From Podarcis vaucheri (taxonomy: Eukaryota): DNA of 64,000 nt. Below are positions 24,101 to 35,600 of the stretch, one piece after another. Where the stretch lies: assembly GCA_965113315.1 (NCBI GenBank), contig OZ220369.1; one strand, given 5' to 3'. A program made the translations under genes and the position numbers. Numbering within the stretch: position 1 is the stretch's first letter; every line of letters begins with the position of its first letter. The notes under the pieces are model-generated. The model worked only from the letters and a program-made list of their open reading frames with translations, had not been told where the DNA came from and did no database searches.

Positions 24101-25309
24101 TACATTTAAATGTTTTTTATTTAAACAATTCATTTATATACTACTTAACTACAATAGTCTAAGCAGTTTACAAAAATGCAATACAAAAAGTATAAACCAG
24201 TTAAAACTATAAAATCAAACTTCAATTAAAAGACCAGCTGGGATTAAAAAAATATTTTTAGTAGATGCCAGAAGTTCAGTAGGCAGGGGACCTGTCTGAC
24301 TGCAATTAGGAGTTTCATAAAATTGGGCCCACGCTAAATGTGTGGCTACATGCATCTGAGCCACATGGGACTGTTAACAGTGATGCCCCCCAAAGACCTC
24401 ATTGATCGAACAGGGATATAAGGGATTAGGCCATCCTTCAGGTGTCTTGCAGCCAAATTCTTAAAATACTTTGTAAATTAATACAAGGATCTTGAAACTG
24501 GCCCAGTTGCGAATCAGCAGCCAGGTTGTGGGGTTTCCTGCTTGGCAGGGGGTTGGACTCGATGGCCCTTGTGGTCTCTTCCAACTCTATGATTCTATGA
24601 GTACAAACTTGAGCACCAGAGGTTTGTGCTGGCAACAGTCAGACCCCCAACAAGTCTAGCCACAGTGTTTGGCACCAGCTGAAGCCTCTGGACAAGGCCT
24701 AAGGGTAGCTCCACGTAGATGCATTGCAGTACAGTAATCAAATATTGAAGCTTCCAATGCATAAATCACCATGGCCAGACTGTCCCTGTCCAAGAACGTC
24801 TGTATCTGACACACCAACAAGGCTGGTAAAAGACATTCCTAGCTCCTGAGGCCTCCTGAGCCTCTAGGGACAAAGGTGGATCCATAAGCACTCCCAAACT
24901 GCAAGGCTGTTATTTCAAAAGAAGCATAGCAGTATCCAGAACAGGTGACTGGCATATATTCTAGACATGGGAACTACCAGTCTACAGATAGATCTTCTGT
25001 CTTTTCAGAGTTCAAGCTATTCTTCCCTCCCCCCCGCCCCAGCTTTTTCCTAGAAGCTGCTTCAAATGACACTTGCCTTTTGGGACTACTGGATACAGTT
25101 AATTTCTTTCTTTTCTTAAATTATTGGTGAAATATGGGAGAAAAATGAGGTGGTTACTTCCTCTGCCAAAAAATAAAAATAAAGAAATGCATAATGCCTT
25201 TTCGTTTTTCACACCAAGGGTTTTGGAAACAGAAACGTCATACCTTTCCCCCATTTTCCCTTTTCTTTCATTTCAGAGCGAAAGAATTGAAAAAGGCCAA
25301 GGAACTTGA
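78..25309 (+). CDS. CAMTA1: Calmodulin-binding transcription activator 1, 3' part of the spliced CDS (ankyrin repeats, IQ motifs, C-terminus); gene continues left of the window
   Basis: 11 phase-consistent GT-AG exons translate from TKHADSIDLELEVDPLNVDHFSCTPL to SERIEKGQGT*, matching my recall of human CAMTA1; synteny with VAMP3 and PER3. Confidence 0.97.
495..810 (+). CDS. CAMTA1: CAMTA1 exon (MWACALGH...VISNSNT), ankyrin repeats
   Basis: ttccag|atg ... acag|gtagga; 316 nt, phase 0 to 1. Confidence 0.96.
1697..2211 (+). CDS. CAMTA1: CAMTA1 exon (ELRRPRSEP...MDDLQ)
   Basis: ttccag|ag ... cag|gtgagc; 515 nt, phase 1 to 0. Confidence 0.96.
2681..2868 (+). CDS. CAMTA1: CAMTA1 exon (VTMMTLAEHIIEATP...SAAQIR)
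   Basis: tcacag|gtg ... ataag|gtctgt; 188 nt. Confidence 0.95.
3586..3832 (+). CDS. CAMTA1: CAMTA1 exon (SLYIGPLTPSS...VQTVFRKYK)
   Basis: ttgcag|a ... caag|gtgaag; 247 nt. Confidence 0.95.
4425..4496 (+). CDS. CAMTA1: CAMTA1 exon (GRPLREQQEVAAAVIQRCYRKYKQ), IQ-like motif
   Basis: ttgcag|gga ... cag|gtgagc; 72 nt. Confidence 0.96.
5976..5996 (+). CDS. CAMTA1: CAMTA1 alternative 21-nt micro-exon (LTWIALK)
   Basis: Long pyrimidine tract then ccaag|ctt act tgg ata gcc ttg aag|gtaatg; frame-preserving; same peptide as the LTWIALK insert I recall from CAMTA1/CAMTA2 isoforms. Confidence 0.9.
8059..8252 (+). CDS. CAMTA1: CAMTA1 exon (YALYKKMIQAAILIQSKFRSYY...QQKLR), IQ motifs
   Basis: ttgcag|tat ... 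ctcag|gtgagg; 194 nt. Confidence 0.96.
9365..9505 (-). mobile_element. tRNA-derived SINE fragment
   Basis: ggagatgtctgggattgaac...aaagcagatgctctactaccact; related copies near 55500-55770 and 56455-56545; approximate bounds. Confidence 0.6.
9577..9651 (+). CDS. CAMTA1: CAMTA1 exon (SSLLTKKQDQAARKIMRFLRRCRH)
   Basis: ttgcag|a ... cacag|gtgaga; 75 nt, phase 2 to 2. Confidence 0.96.
11060..11170. repeat. Palindromic MITE-like repeat (family also near 11476, 18200, 29265, 53860, 56211, 57411)
   Basis: CATTGAAATTAA (11086-11097) is inverted at 11121-11132; shared tactcagagtagaccca...tgggtctactctgagtagga consensus. Confidence 0.65.
11203..11346 (-). mobile_element. CR1 LINE 3' ORF2 fragment
   Basis: Reverse-complement similarity to the CR1 piece at 11690-11850. 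Confidence 0.55.
11667..12065 (+). mobile_element. CR1 LINE 3' end (ORF2 C-terminus and 3' UTR)
   Basis: Translates RGHPMKL...KRKYSFRQCIIKLWNL...LKRGLDKFME; typical tail ggactagatgggccactggcctgatccagcag. Confidence 0.8.
13425..13455 (+). CDS. CAMTA1: CAMTA1 alternative 31-nt exon (SPLVDHRRYKR)
   Basis: ctgaag|c cct ctg gtg gac cat agg cgg tac aaa agg|gtgagt; matches recalled human SPLVDHRLYKR. Confidence 0.92.
13500..13570. repeat. Compound (TA)n(CA)n(TC)n microsatellite
   Basis: Seen directly. Confidence 0.8.
16700..17058 (-). mobile_element. Sauria (POM-type) SINE, near full length
   Basis: Minus-strand 5' end GGGACGCGGGTGGCGCTGTGGGTTAAACC, B-box GGTTCGAATCCC, ACCTTT tail; degenerate 14-bp TSD tcagctaggcctta (16686) / tcatccaggcctta (17061). 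Confidence 0.9.
24105..24960 (-). mobile_element. Old L2 LINE 3' fragment interrupted by a CR1-type tail
   Basis: Minus-strand remnants of the YCNA..YVELPL RT C-terminal motif near 24690-24740; AT-rich tail near 24110-24230; approximate bounds. Confidence 0.6.
24530..24600 (+). mobile_element. CR1-type 3' tail
   Basis: ggggttggactcgatggcccttgtggtctcttccaactctatgattctatga. Confidence 0.8.
25277..25309 (+). CDS. CAMTA1: CAMTA1 terminal coding exon (SERIEKGQGT*; the exon-skipping frame ends at 25340)
   Basis: tttcag|agc gaa aga ... act tga. Confidence 0.95.
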   Translation, partial: SERIEKGQGT

Positions 25310-28300
25310 AGAAAGAGGCGGCGGCGGCAGCATCCCGTAGCAATGTGACATTGCTTTTCAGACTGTTTTCATTTTCTGTTTTTAGCAGAAACATGCAACA
25401 ACTACAAAAAAAATATTAAAAAAAAGAAACTGACTGCAGTGCCGAGAATTTCGGCTGCAGGATTTTAATGGTAATGTTTAGTCATTACATTTGCACTTTC
25501 ATGGACAACTTTTAATTTGTTCAGCAAGACATCTTGGAACTCAAATCTTTGGTTGGATCATGGGGGGGAAAGTGACACCCGGAAGGCGTTTTCATGAGTT
25601 GCTTCGTTCCTCTCAAATATGAAAAAAAAGAGAAGCAATTAATTATCCTTTTCATATAGGGCTGTATTAAAACAAAACAAACAATGTGTGGAACTGTACA
25701 AATAATAATACCAAAAAAAGCAAAAACCCCACAACCCAAGAATGCTATTCCTGCACCTGTCAATCATCTCCAAGACCCGGAACCGTTGGGATTCCCTGTG
25801 GAAAGGCGCTGCTCACCTTCCTTCCGTCTTGCACGGGGCCTCCATCTTCCCTCCTCCATCACCTCCTTTGCACACCTGTGTCTTTTTGTTCTTCATCGAA
25901 TCTCTCTCTGCAACTTTTTAGATCTGCTGGTTTTAAATGTATCCCGTGGGACTTTTCCCAGAAAGCTGTCAGTGTTTTTAAGGCAAACGGGTATTTTGCA
26001 AGAGGGTGGGGTGCGGGGCGGGGGAGAGAGAATGGGTGAGCAGCTCAAGCAAAAAGATCCTTTTGGTTCGGTGGTTTTCCTTTTTCTTTCTCTCTGTCTC
26101 TCTGTCTCTCTCTTGTGCTCTCTCTCTCTTTCTCTCTCTCTCTCTCTTTCTCGAGCCTTCAAGTATCTCAGCTGCCATATGCACTTCTCATATTTGGCAC
26201 TTTATTTTCTGGCCTTACTTCACGCAAGATTTTTACTTCTTTAATAACAATGATGATTTGTAAAGCATTTTGGTAACCTGCAGACCTCTTGTTCGACCGA
26301 AGAGTCACATGCAAATAAGCTGACTGGACATTTCTACCACCGAAGGGAGCGAGCAGTCGGGTGCTGCATTCCGGCCAGTAAATCTCTTGTTTTGGCTATT
26401 TCATCTCAAAAAAGAAAAAAAAGAAAACCTAGGCAGTTTCTGTACATAGAGAGAAGGTAGAAATGGAAATGAGAAATAAATATTTGAAAGGGAATATATT
26501 GATTAATTGCTAACTATTTTATTCACAAAGGGTCAATAACTTGGCAAGAGAAATTTGCGTATTTGTATAGTTTTGTCTGAATGAACGAGAAGAGTGTGGA
26601 TGTTTGTACATATTGTATATACTAAAACAGATGTGCATGAATTCAAGGACAAAAAGAAGACATGAAAAAGCAAAGCATTAGTGGCTTATGGTCTGTAAAA
26701 TGAAACAAAAAAAACTTTATTTCACTATAAGAAACTTTATTTTAAATGTTCTTTAGAAGAACATTTTGCTAACGCATGACTAAACTGCAGAAGCAGAAGA
26801 GCTAAAATGTATTTAGACTTAGGAAAAAAACGGCAAAGTAACATTACTTTTAAAAAAAGAGTTATGTTTACATTTGATTTTGGCTACCAGGAGTTTATTT
26901 AAATTTCTTTTAACCTTCTTGGTTACCTTTTTAATATTTTATTTAATTTCTCCTTTTTTGCCAATGGTGCCAAGTAAAGTGAATGCTAATATTGCTTAAG
27001 AAAAATTAAGTTATTTTGCAAAGCAGATAATCATAAGAATACAAAATTGTATCTAGCTTAACACCATACACTCTCACTCCAATAAAGAACACTTAGAATG
27101 AACATAAAATAATAAAAAAATAAAAGAAAAAGAAATAGTATGAAAGTAGAAAAAAATATGTTTCACATATCCATATTTCCTGCTGGAAGTCAGACAATGT
27201 ACTAAAAATTGCACAAAATTTTAAAAAAAGAGTAAAAGTTTAAAAGATGCAAGCAGGTTTTGTAGGGGTGTCATGGTATATTGCTATTTCCACATAGACA
27301 GGAGCCAAAGAAATCTGTTTTAGAAGAGTCATTTCGATATGGAAGCTGATGTGAAATGTAGACGCTGGGAAGTGGGGTGAGGGGTGAGGGGGTGGGCAAA
27401 TCTTGATTTTTGAACTACACTCCGCTGCGCCTGAAGTCAGATGGATTATTTTGGCTTTTGACTGGGTGTAGCTCAGGTCAGAGGTGGCGGTGGGGGTCCG
27501 CCAGCCTGCCCGTCCAGCTCTGCCTGGCTACCTCTGTCCATCCCGCACGCCTCCCCCCCCCCAATGCCCTGTATCCTGCTAGTGCCAGTTGAAACGTTGC
27601 CAGTGGGTTGGTCGCTTGGCCTGGCCTCTCTAGGCGTTTTGCTTTATGGAAGAGTAATTGTTCTTGCTTGATCCCAGCCACCAGATGCAATGTGTAGTCT
27701 TTGCTCAGAGGCTTGTTGTGAAGCCTAAAAATACTCACAATTCTGTGAAGCTTTTAAACTGGTGTCTTTATAAAAGAAGAGTTAAAACACACAAAGATTG
27801 TGGCAACAAAAGCGAAAAGAAAGACAAAAGCCAACCTGGGGTCAGAGCTCTCCGTGCCTTTTCTCTCATTGAAATTGTATATCTCTCTCTTTCTCTTTTT
27901 TTAATTCCTTTATTTCACTGCCAAGACTGAAAAATAACTGCGGTGTGTGTGCTGACGCTCCTGCTTAGACCCCTCTGTACGTTTGTTAAGTGCTGTTTTG
28001 TGGCCCAGTTCAGTAAAGGGGGGAAACACAGAAAAGCCCAAAGCTGGGCAGGCGGGCAGAGGAGACCTCAGCTCCTGCTGCTGCCCTCTCAGGCCAGCCC
28101 TGGGCTTCCTGGGCCCTTTGCACAGGGGGGCAAAGAGGAGCAAGGAGCCAGAAGCGGGCGCCAACTTGGCAGCACCCTCTGCTTGCCATTTTCAAACGGT
28201 GCGCTTGTAGTCTCATTTTGGGCTGACCCTTGTTGCTTTCGGTCCTCACCAGTCACGACCCTGTGGCGATTTTGGGAGCCTGTCCCCTCCGTTTGTCCTA

Positions 28301-29033
28301 AAAGGGGGTTCTTCAGAGTCAGGGCTACCTTGAGGTGTTTCCGCTTCAACCCTTCCAGATCCGCAGGCTTGGTGTTGTGTTGACCGAGTGTCAGCCTGGC
28401 TCTCGGGGTGCTGCCAAGGCTGGAGCAAGAAGCCCTTGCTTGGGACCTACAAGGCAGGCTGAGGGTTACAGCTGTCATTTCCCCCCTCCCCTTGTTCCTC
28501 AGAGAGCTCCAGGTGGGGTCCTTGTTGGAACAACCTGTGTGTTTATTCCAGTTTGACACGTGCCAAAAGGCCTTGCTGAATCAGGGCCATCACCTTTGGG
28601 CATATCAATGACCTCGGGCATGTTTGGTTTGAGAACGCTCCCAAGACAGTATATCAGTTTTTTTAAAATAAATAAAAATATTTTGCTTGCCCTTTCCTGG
28701 GTTGCGGGACTCAGTTAGAAACAGGAAGACCCCACTCGGGGCCACCTTCCTGAATCATCGAGGTGCCTGAGCGCCTGAGTCCAGGACCCTCTTGTATGTC
28801 TCCCCAAAACCCAGAATTGCTCCTTTGTGTGACATCACGTGTGAAACGAACGATCCTGTGTGAACGAAATAAAGAATATAACATGAACCCCCTCTATGGT
28901 TGCACGCTTAATGGCAGTTCCACACAGCAGTTGGCGCCCAAACAGAGGGGAGGGGGGGTCCCCGAGACTTGCATGTAAACCTAGTATAGATGTCTCTTTT
29001 TGTAAGTTTTATTTTTGTAACTGTGCATGTTAA
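25310..29033 (+). other. CAMTA1: CAMTA1 long 3' UTR (distal end uncertain, runs into an assembly gap)
   Basis: AU-rich sequence with no recognisable transposons after the stop; AATAAA at 27081, 27111 and 28868; Pumilio and miRNA-seed motifs. Confidence 0.6.
26087..26150. repeat. (TC)n microsatellite in the CAMTA1 3' UTR
   Basis: Seen directly. Confidence 0.85.
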
Positions 29034-29188
29034 NNNNNNNNNNNNNNNNNNNNNNNNNNNNNNNNNNNNNNNNNNNNNNNNNNNNNNNNNNNNNNNNNNN
29101 NNNNNNNNNNNNNNNNNNNNNNNNNNNNNNNNNNNNNNNNNNNNNNNNNNNNNNNNNNNNNNNNNNNNNNNNNNNNNNNNNNNNNNNN
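29034..29188. other. Assembly gap (155 N)
   Basis: Run of n. Confidence 1.
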
Positions 29189-30669
29189 CTGTTCTTTTTT
29201 AAGATATGCATGTATTAATATAGCTACTCCTATTTCAACGGACAGGGTTGCCACTGACTAGATCCTGCTCAGAGTAGACCCACTGAAATCAATGGACCTA
29301 AGTTAGTCATGTTCGTTAACTTCAGTGGGTTTACTCTTGAGTCAGGCTAGCCTTGGATAAAACTCACTGTCAGGTTTGGGCACCTGTTCAGGAGTGCAAA
29401 ATGGGCATAAGTGTTCCATAAACAGTTCCAGTTTTGTTAAATTCCATATTTATATTCCAATTTCTTCCTCACTTTTTTTAAAAAAAAATGCATTCCAGGA
29501 AAGGTTACTGTATCATAAACGTAGAGAAAAACTTTGATATAAGCAAACCGTGGGATCCCATCCCCCACCCCCATCATCCGAATGAAATCCGCTCTCAATC
29601 CAAACCTTTTAAATCCTTGTAGCTGTGTTCGTTTTTGCATTTTATCATCTCTAGCACACACCTGTAGTTTAAAAAAAAAACCCAATTAGCAGGATAACCT
29701 GTTCTTCCAGGAACGCGATTGGGGGTCGTGGCAGCCAGATTGCTCCATGCACCCAGTGCCTTTGTCTGCCCTCACATTCCATGGGGAAGCAAGTGCCAGG
29801 CAAACTGTGGATGGGAGCCAGGTTCCTCTTCCAACCAAAGAGAAACGCAGAAAATGCAGATTATCTGTCTCTCTTCATGGTGTCGGGAGAAGCGTCCATC
29901 TCCTGGCACACAGGAAACTAGAAGCCAGCAGCCCTGCTCTTTCTAGGCAGCAGATACAGGCAACAAGTGCAGGTGATCAACTGACTGCTGACCCTCCCCA
30001 CCCTGCCGCTTGAGGCAACTGTCGGTGGGCCGGCCCTGCAAGACAGCAGTCTGTTGGCCTGTCAAAGTCCTCATACCATCAGGAAATTTCCTAATGTTTC
30101 ATTTAAAATGTTTCAAGCCCTGTGGTTCATGGCATTCCCACTAGAGTAGCAGGTGGAGAATCTATGATGTGGTTCCCATCATTTCTGGGCATGTTGATGG
30201 TGGTGGTTCAACAATATCTGGAGGTCTGCAGGACCCCCCATCCTCCAGCTCTGAAGCAACAGAAAACAAATTGACTCTGTCCTCTAACATTTTAATATCA
30301 TTTCCTGGCTAGACATACCCAACACCTTTCCTCATTGGACCTGTTCTCCAGGCCATACCTCTCAAAATAATCAGTGCTGTTCTTCTGGCATTACAGAGGG
30401 CTCCAGCAATTAAGATTCTCAGTAGTATTTTGTACATGCCAGGCTTGAATTGCCCTCAGTGCTCTTTTCCATGCTGAATCACAGGAAAGGCTTTTGCAAT
30501 GCAAATGCACTTTCTGCCCAGCCTAGGCTAGCTTTCCATTAGCACTGCAAAGGCCACGTCAGAGCTGCTTCTGTGTGGAAATACTCTCTGGGCTTTGGAA
30601 GACTGGCTGAGTGACAGGTTGTGCCGTGAGTCAGCCATCTTACATATGTGCCCAGGTTTTGCCTACCTT

Positions 30670-31060
30670 CCATACTGAACTCTACATTTATCTCTGTTGA
30701 AATTTGTTTTGGCCACTTCTCTGTCTTCTTGTTTCCGTCTTCCAGTGTTTTAGCTACACCACCCAGTTCGGTGTCATCTGCAGATTTCCATTTCTTTGTT
30801 CAGTCATTTATAAAGGTGTTAAGCAACAGCACACCTAGGTCCAAACCCTGCGTGGCACTCTTCTCCAGGTAAACAAAGAGGCATTTGTAAATGCTCTTTA
30901 AGTACAGTTCCTTAGATACCAGTAGATAACAAGTGTAATGGGGGGAAATTGTCAAAAGCACTGCTGAAGTCAATATGCAGTACTCCAATGTCCACAGCAT
31001 CCCGCTGATCTACCAGACTAGGGACTCATCAACAAAAGGAGATGAGCATAATCTGTCATG
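30670..31060 (-). mobile_element. Degraded CR1 RT fragment
   Basis: Minus strand reads ATQGLDLGVLLLNTFIND and ADDTELG, remnants of the CR1 motifs PQGSVLGPVLFNIFIND and ADDTKLG. Confidence 0.65.
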
Positions 31061-31069
31061 CCTTGTTCT

Positions 31070-31290
31070 AAGAACATAAGGCAAGTCCGGCAGGATTAGG
31101 CTAAAAGGGGACCATCTGATCTAGCATACTGTTCTCACAGTGACTGGCCTGTGGGAAGCCTACAAGCAGGACACAAGCAAAAGGGCACTCTCCCTGCCTG
31201 TGGCTTCCAGCAACCAGCATTTAGAAGAATTATGAATGCGCCTAATCCTCTTATAAAGCCATCCAGGTTGGTGACCATCACTACTTCCCG
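31070..31290 (-). mobile_element. CR1 3' UTR fragment
   Basis: taagaacataag tail and aatcctcttataaagccatcca; reverse of the element at 11800-12065. Confidence 0.65.
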
Positions 31291-31749
31291 AGAATTCCTT
31301 GTTAGCCCGTTTGTGGCCACAACCTTTCTCTAAATCAAAAGCAGGCAGGGTCCGGTCCCGCCCAACATGCCCACCTGCCGAAAATCCTTAATAAAATATT
31401 TTTAAAAAAAAAAACATGCCCACCTGCCCAGCACTAGGCATCATATTTGGCATCAAGCGTGGCGCAGGTAAAAACGTGCCCCCCCATCAGGTACTCCCAA
31501 ATGCAGCCGGTGATGGGCTGCTCCGTTCTTAACTTGAGCGGATCTCCTCTGAGTAGGACGAGCACCGGAGGCTCACCAGCCTCCCTCCAGCGCAATGCAC
31601 TTAAGAACATACAGTAAGGAGAGCCCTGGTGGATCAAGCCAGTGGCTTATCGAGTGCACCGTCCAGCGAAGCAGTGGATAACCCGCAAGTAGGACCCGAG
31701 CGCAAGAGCCCTTGTCCCTTCCTGTAACTTTCAACCACTGCCGTTTAGA

Positions 31750-32650
31750 TGCATTGCTGCGCCTGGGAGCGGGGAAGAGCCATCGTGCCTAGTAGCCTTC
31801 CAGTCACGGCCGTCCAGGGAAAGAAGACGCCACAAATCAAGAGTTTCCGAAGAAGCCCTAAGAAGAGACTGACGGGCGCCGCGGCCAGCGGGTTCAGAAG
31901 CCGTCGGCTGAGCGCGCTCAAGCGCTTGCAAGGCTTCCCTGCTGCTCCTTGCCGTCGGGCGGGTTTCCAGCTCCGCGGGTTGCGCTCTCGGAGGCGCCTA
32001 GCTGCTTCCCCTTCCTCCGCCTCCTGCTCCTGGGGCTGGGGGCTTTCCCCGGCCGGCGGGGCGGAGCTTCCCAGGGCCCCACCCAGCGGCCGCGCCTGCA
32101 AAAGTTGCAGCCCGAAGCGGCAACAGCAACAGCCCGCGGAGCAGCAGAAGTTCTTCGGAGAGAGTCGCTGCTGCGCCACCACCAGCCCCAACGTCACCAT
32201 GTGAGCCCCGTTCGCAGGCGGAGGGGGACCGATCCTGATCTGGGGGCGGTGGGCGGGCGTCGGGGCTCCCCGCTAGCTGCCCTGCTTGGGGCGGCGCCTC
32301 CCCGGCCTTAGGCCCCGGCCCGCAGCCCGGTTGCTCTCCCTCCCTTTCGCTTTTGCACCCCGGCGCGCTGGCCCGTCCCGTTGCTCCTGGCCGCCACGGA
32401 GGGTAGTGAAAGTCGGCCGGACACTCTCTCGTTTCTTTTCCTGGGCTTGCGTGGCGTGGGCAGAGGCGCGGCCTCTAGGCATAGGCAGAGTGCCTTCGGG
32501 GACGCGTCTCCACCGAGGCACAGAACGGCTGCAGCCCTAAAGTGGCCCGCTGCCGAAGTTGCGTTCTCACGCCTCTCCAAGGCTAGTCCTCCTCGGAGTA
32601 GACGCTACTGGCTTAAGTGCATTAATTTCACTGCGCCTGCTCCAAGTAAA
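31750..32650 (+). promoter_or_regulatory. VAMP3: VAMP3 CpG-island promoter and exon 1
   Basis: Very CpG-dense; GC box ggggcggagc at 32058; surrounds the split start codon. Confidence 0.85.
32199..32200 (+). CDS. VAMP3: VAMP3 exon 1 coding bases (AT of the split start codon)
   Basis: gtcaccAT|gtgagc; Kozak-like context; the AT|G split is typical of VAMP1-3. Confidence 0.88.
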
Positions 32651-35600
32651 ACTTTTTGGGCAGCAGCCCCATGTCTACTTGGCAGTAAATCTCCTTGAAT
32701 TCCATGCTGGGTTAGGGCGGAAGCCTTAAAGGAAAGGGATGCAGTACCGTGCCTGTTCCCTTGTAAGGCAAGCGAAGAGTAATCTTTCAGGCTTTCAGTA
32801 TGGAGGGGGAAATTGGAGCTAAATTTGTTTGGGGGCTCAGCCCCTATGAATCACGGTGCTAGCGCTCAGGAGCCCTGACGCTCTCGAAGAATTAACCACA
32901 GGTTGAACTTGAGCAATGTCACCACTTTGCAAGGGGTGTTGTATATTCTAATTTTCTTTTGAAAACAAAGTGTTCCCTGTTGAATTTCAAGTGGTTCAGG
33001 GTGAGCATGTGGGATACAGGTCACCCTATGAAATGAGGCTCTCCCTTTTCTTCTGGTGCCAGCTGTTAAACAGCTGTTTCCCTTGCCCACCTGGACCAGA
33101 ATTCAGCTGGGAGGAGATTAGTATAAATCACACATTTGGGCTGAAGGGGCCCAACTTGGCACAATGGCTCCGTGCCATTGAAAACCAACCAACCAGTGGG
33201 GCACCAGGAAGAGTCAGCTAGACTCGCCAACCTGCCAAGTCCTTTCTCTTACCAGTACTGCTGGGCAGAAACACCCCAGTGAATTTCCAAAACTCATTTT
33301 CGGAAGGAGATGGTTGTTCAGCTGTGAAAGTGAAAGAGGCTTTCAGTGCTATCCCATGTTATGTTGACTGTGGCCCTCCCTTGGGAAATGGGATTGTTTC
33401 CCCTCACTGATGGTCTTCAGATGCTTGCAAAGTCTTTATTTATTCACCCAGGCCTTTAGGAGTTAAATCCCCAGGGACCCAACCATTGTACAACCATTAG
33501 ACTGCTTTTTTAGAAGCTTGTGCCCTTAGGTATTTTAATGGCAGTGTGAATTAGTTTGTGTTGATGGCTTTAATTACATTTTGCTCCTAACTGGGTGGAA
33601 AAAGCAATATAAAACTTGCATAAATGCTACTCCTAAGCAAGCCACAGTCTGACTAATGGGGCTTTCCTGCCTAATAACTGTGTCCCAGGATTGCAGTTAA
33701 AAATGGTTACAAAGGAAGGGTCAGCCATATTGGACACTTTTGGAGGTTGTTTATCAGTTTACATGGATAGGATTTTACACCATTCTGTTTTGTTATAGGG
33801 AGACCTGCACACAACACTGGAAGTTTCACACATTAGCAGTTTAAAGTAAAACCTCCATCAAACTTAAAATAGGATTTTCTTGCATGTGTACGTAACACTT
33901 GTGTTAGGGACATTTGGGGCAGCCCCCTTGGTCAACTGCAATGCATGCCCTTCTGTTAACAAGAGAGTGATCAGTCTGATGGATCGTGCCCTTTCAAAAC
34001 TGGTTGCTTCCAGACAGGGCCGTCTTTAGCAGATGCGACGCCGGGGTGCAAATATCAGCTCAACACCCCCAAATTAATACAGATGGGGGGTGAAGCTGTG
34101 CACTACCAGCCATTGGGGGTGGGCAACTCTCCCCCATGCCGCTGTGGGAGAGCGATCCCTGCAGAGGATTGGAAGTTGCATGCCCACAAGCCATATGGTT
34201 GGTGGGGCGCAGTTGGGCATGCAGGGAACGGGGAGGCCGCTGGCAAAGCCACACAGCTCCCTGGGGCGCCCCTGAGAGGCCAGTGCCCTGGCGCGATGCA
34301 CCACTAAGCCCTATGGGAAAGGCAGCTCTGCTTCCATAAGTTTTTTGTGGGGGGTGTTGCCCTGATAATTTAGTTTTTGGGTGGGGATTTGATGCAAGAG
34401 AAACAAACCTGCAAACTTTAAAGGACTTAGCTGTTATGGGCAAATCATCACATCCTGTCTTTGAGCCTGTTGTGGGTCTGGTGGTGTCACTGTGTTGACA
34501 GCTTCCTGGGAACTTGCGGTGGCTTTCCCTTATTACAGGGGTGAGCCCTGTTGGACTCCCAAGACCCATCAACCACCCCCAGCATGATAGGAGCCTCAGC
34601 TGGTGCCCCCCTCCTGACACTTTGCCTTCCACTTCAGTATCAGAAATGGCACCTAGACTGAGATTTTAATAACATGCAAGTGTCTTGACACTTAATTGGC
34701 AAGAAGATATGATTCAGCCATGAGCTGAAATCCCAAAGACAGTGAGGTCTAAGAGAGCTAGAGGTCACTTCCTGAAACTTTAAATCACTGGTTTGTTTTT
34801 TTTAGCAGCTAATCCTTCAGTTTGAAACTTTGCACTCTCAAATGCTGCTGACATTTGTTTTCATTTTTCCTTCCCGCAGTGTCCATCTTTTGGAAGCTGG
34901 TTTTAATTTTTAAAGGTGTAAAGGTTTGGGGTTTGGTTTTTTTTTTAAAAAATGAAATCTGGTGTTTTTAACTCTAAATGCTAATTCTGAGCTGCTTTCA
35001 AGACACCATTTGGTACAATGGACACGAATCTAAGAAGCAACACATGCGGGGGGAATTCTTTACCACTGGAATTCTGTCCTGGCCAAGCACACAGCAGGCC
35101 GTGATAACCTGACTGTTGCCTCTGACTTGCAGGTCAACCAGTGGCCCCTCAGGGGCTGCCTCTGCCCCAGGCAGCAACCGGCTTCAGAAAACCCAGAACC
35201 AGGTGGATGAGGTAGGTGTGGCACCATTGTGGCTCCCCTGAGCATCCCTGTGTGGCGAGGTTCATCTGTCTCTTGCAAGACATGAGCAAAGCTGGCCATC
35301 ATCTGCCCTCTTCCTTCCTCTTCTCTTTGGCTGCACTGCGTGAAGCTGCAGCGAGATGCATACTGTAGACTACCTACTCTGTGGGGGTGGGGGGTAACCT
35401 TCAAGAGGGGGGGGTGTCTAGCTGGTGTAAACTTACTGTGGCTTCTAAGTGCCAAGCAACTTGGCACCCTGTTGTGGTTTTCCTGTTTCCAGAGGGGTTC
35501 AGTTTGACCGTCTGCTGCCGTGAAATCAACAAAGGGTATTGTGTGGCCAACTACAATTTATTACGGCACAAACCAGCCTTCCAGATGTTCGTCACCTCCC

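Noticed and set aside
25684-26244. 186-aa ORF
   Set aside because: Lies in the CAMTA1 3' UTR, is inflated by a (TC)n repeat and resembles no protein I recognise
28981-29254. ORFs containing runs of X
   Set aside because: Artefacts of the N gap
31731-32698. Several overlapping ORFs of up to about 150 aa on both strands (also 42072-43559)
   Set aside because: Expected scarcity of stop codons in GC-rich CpG islands
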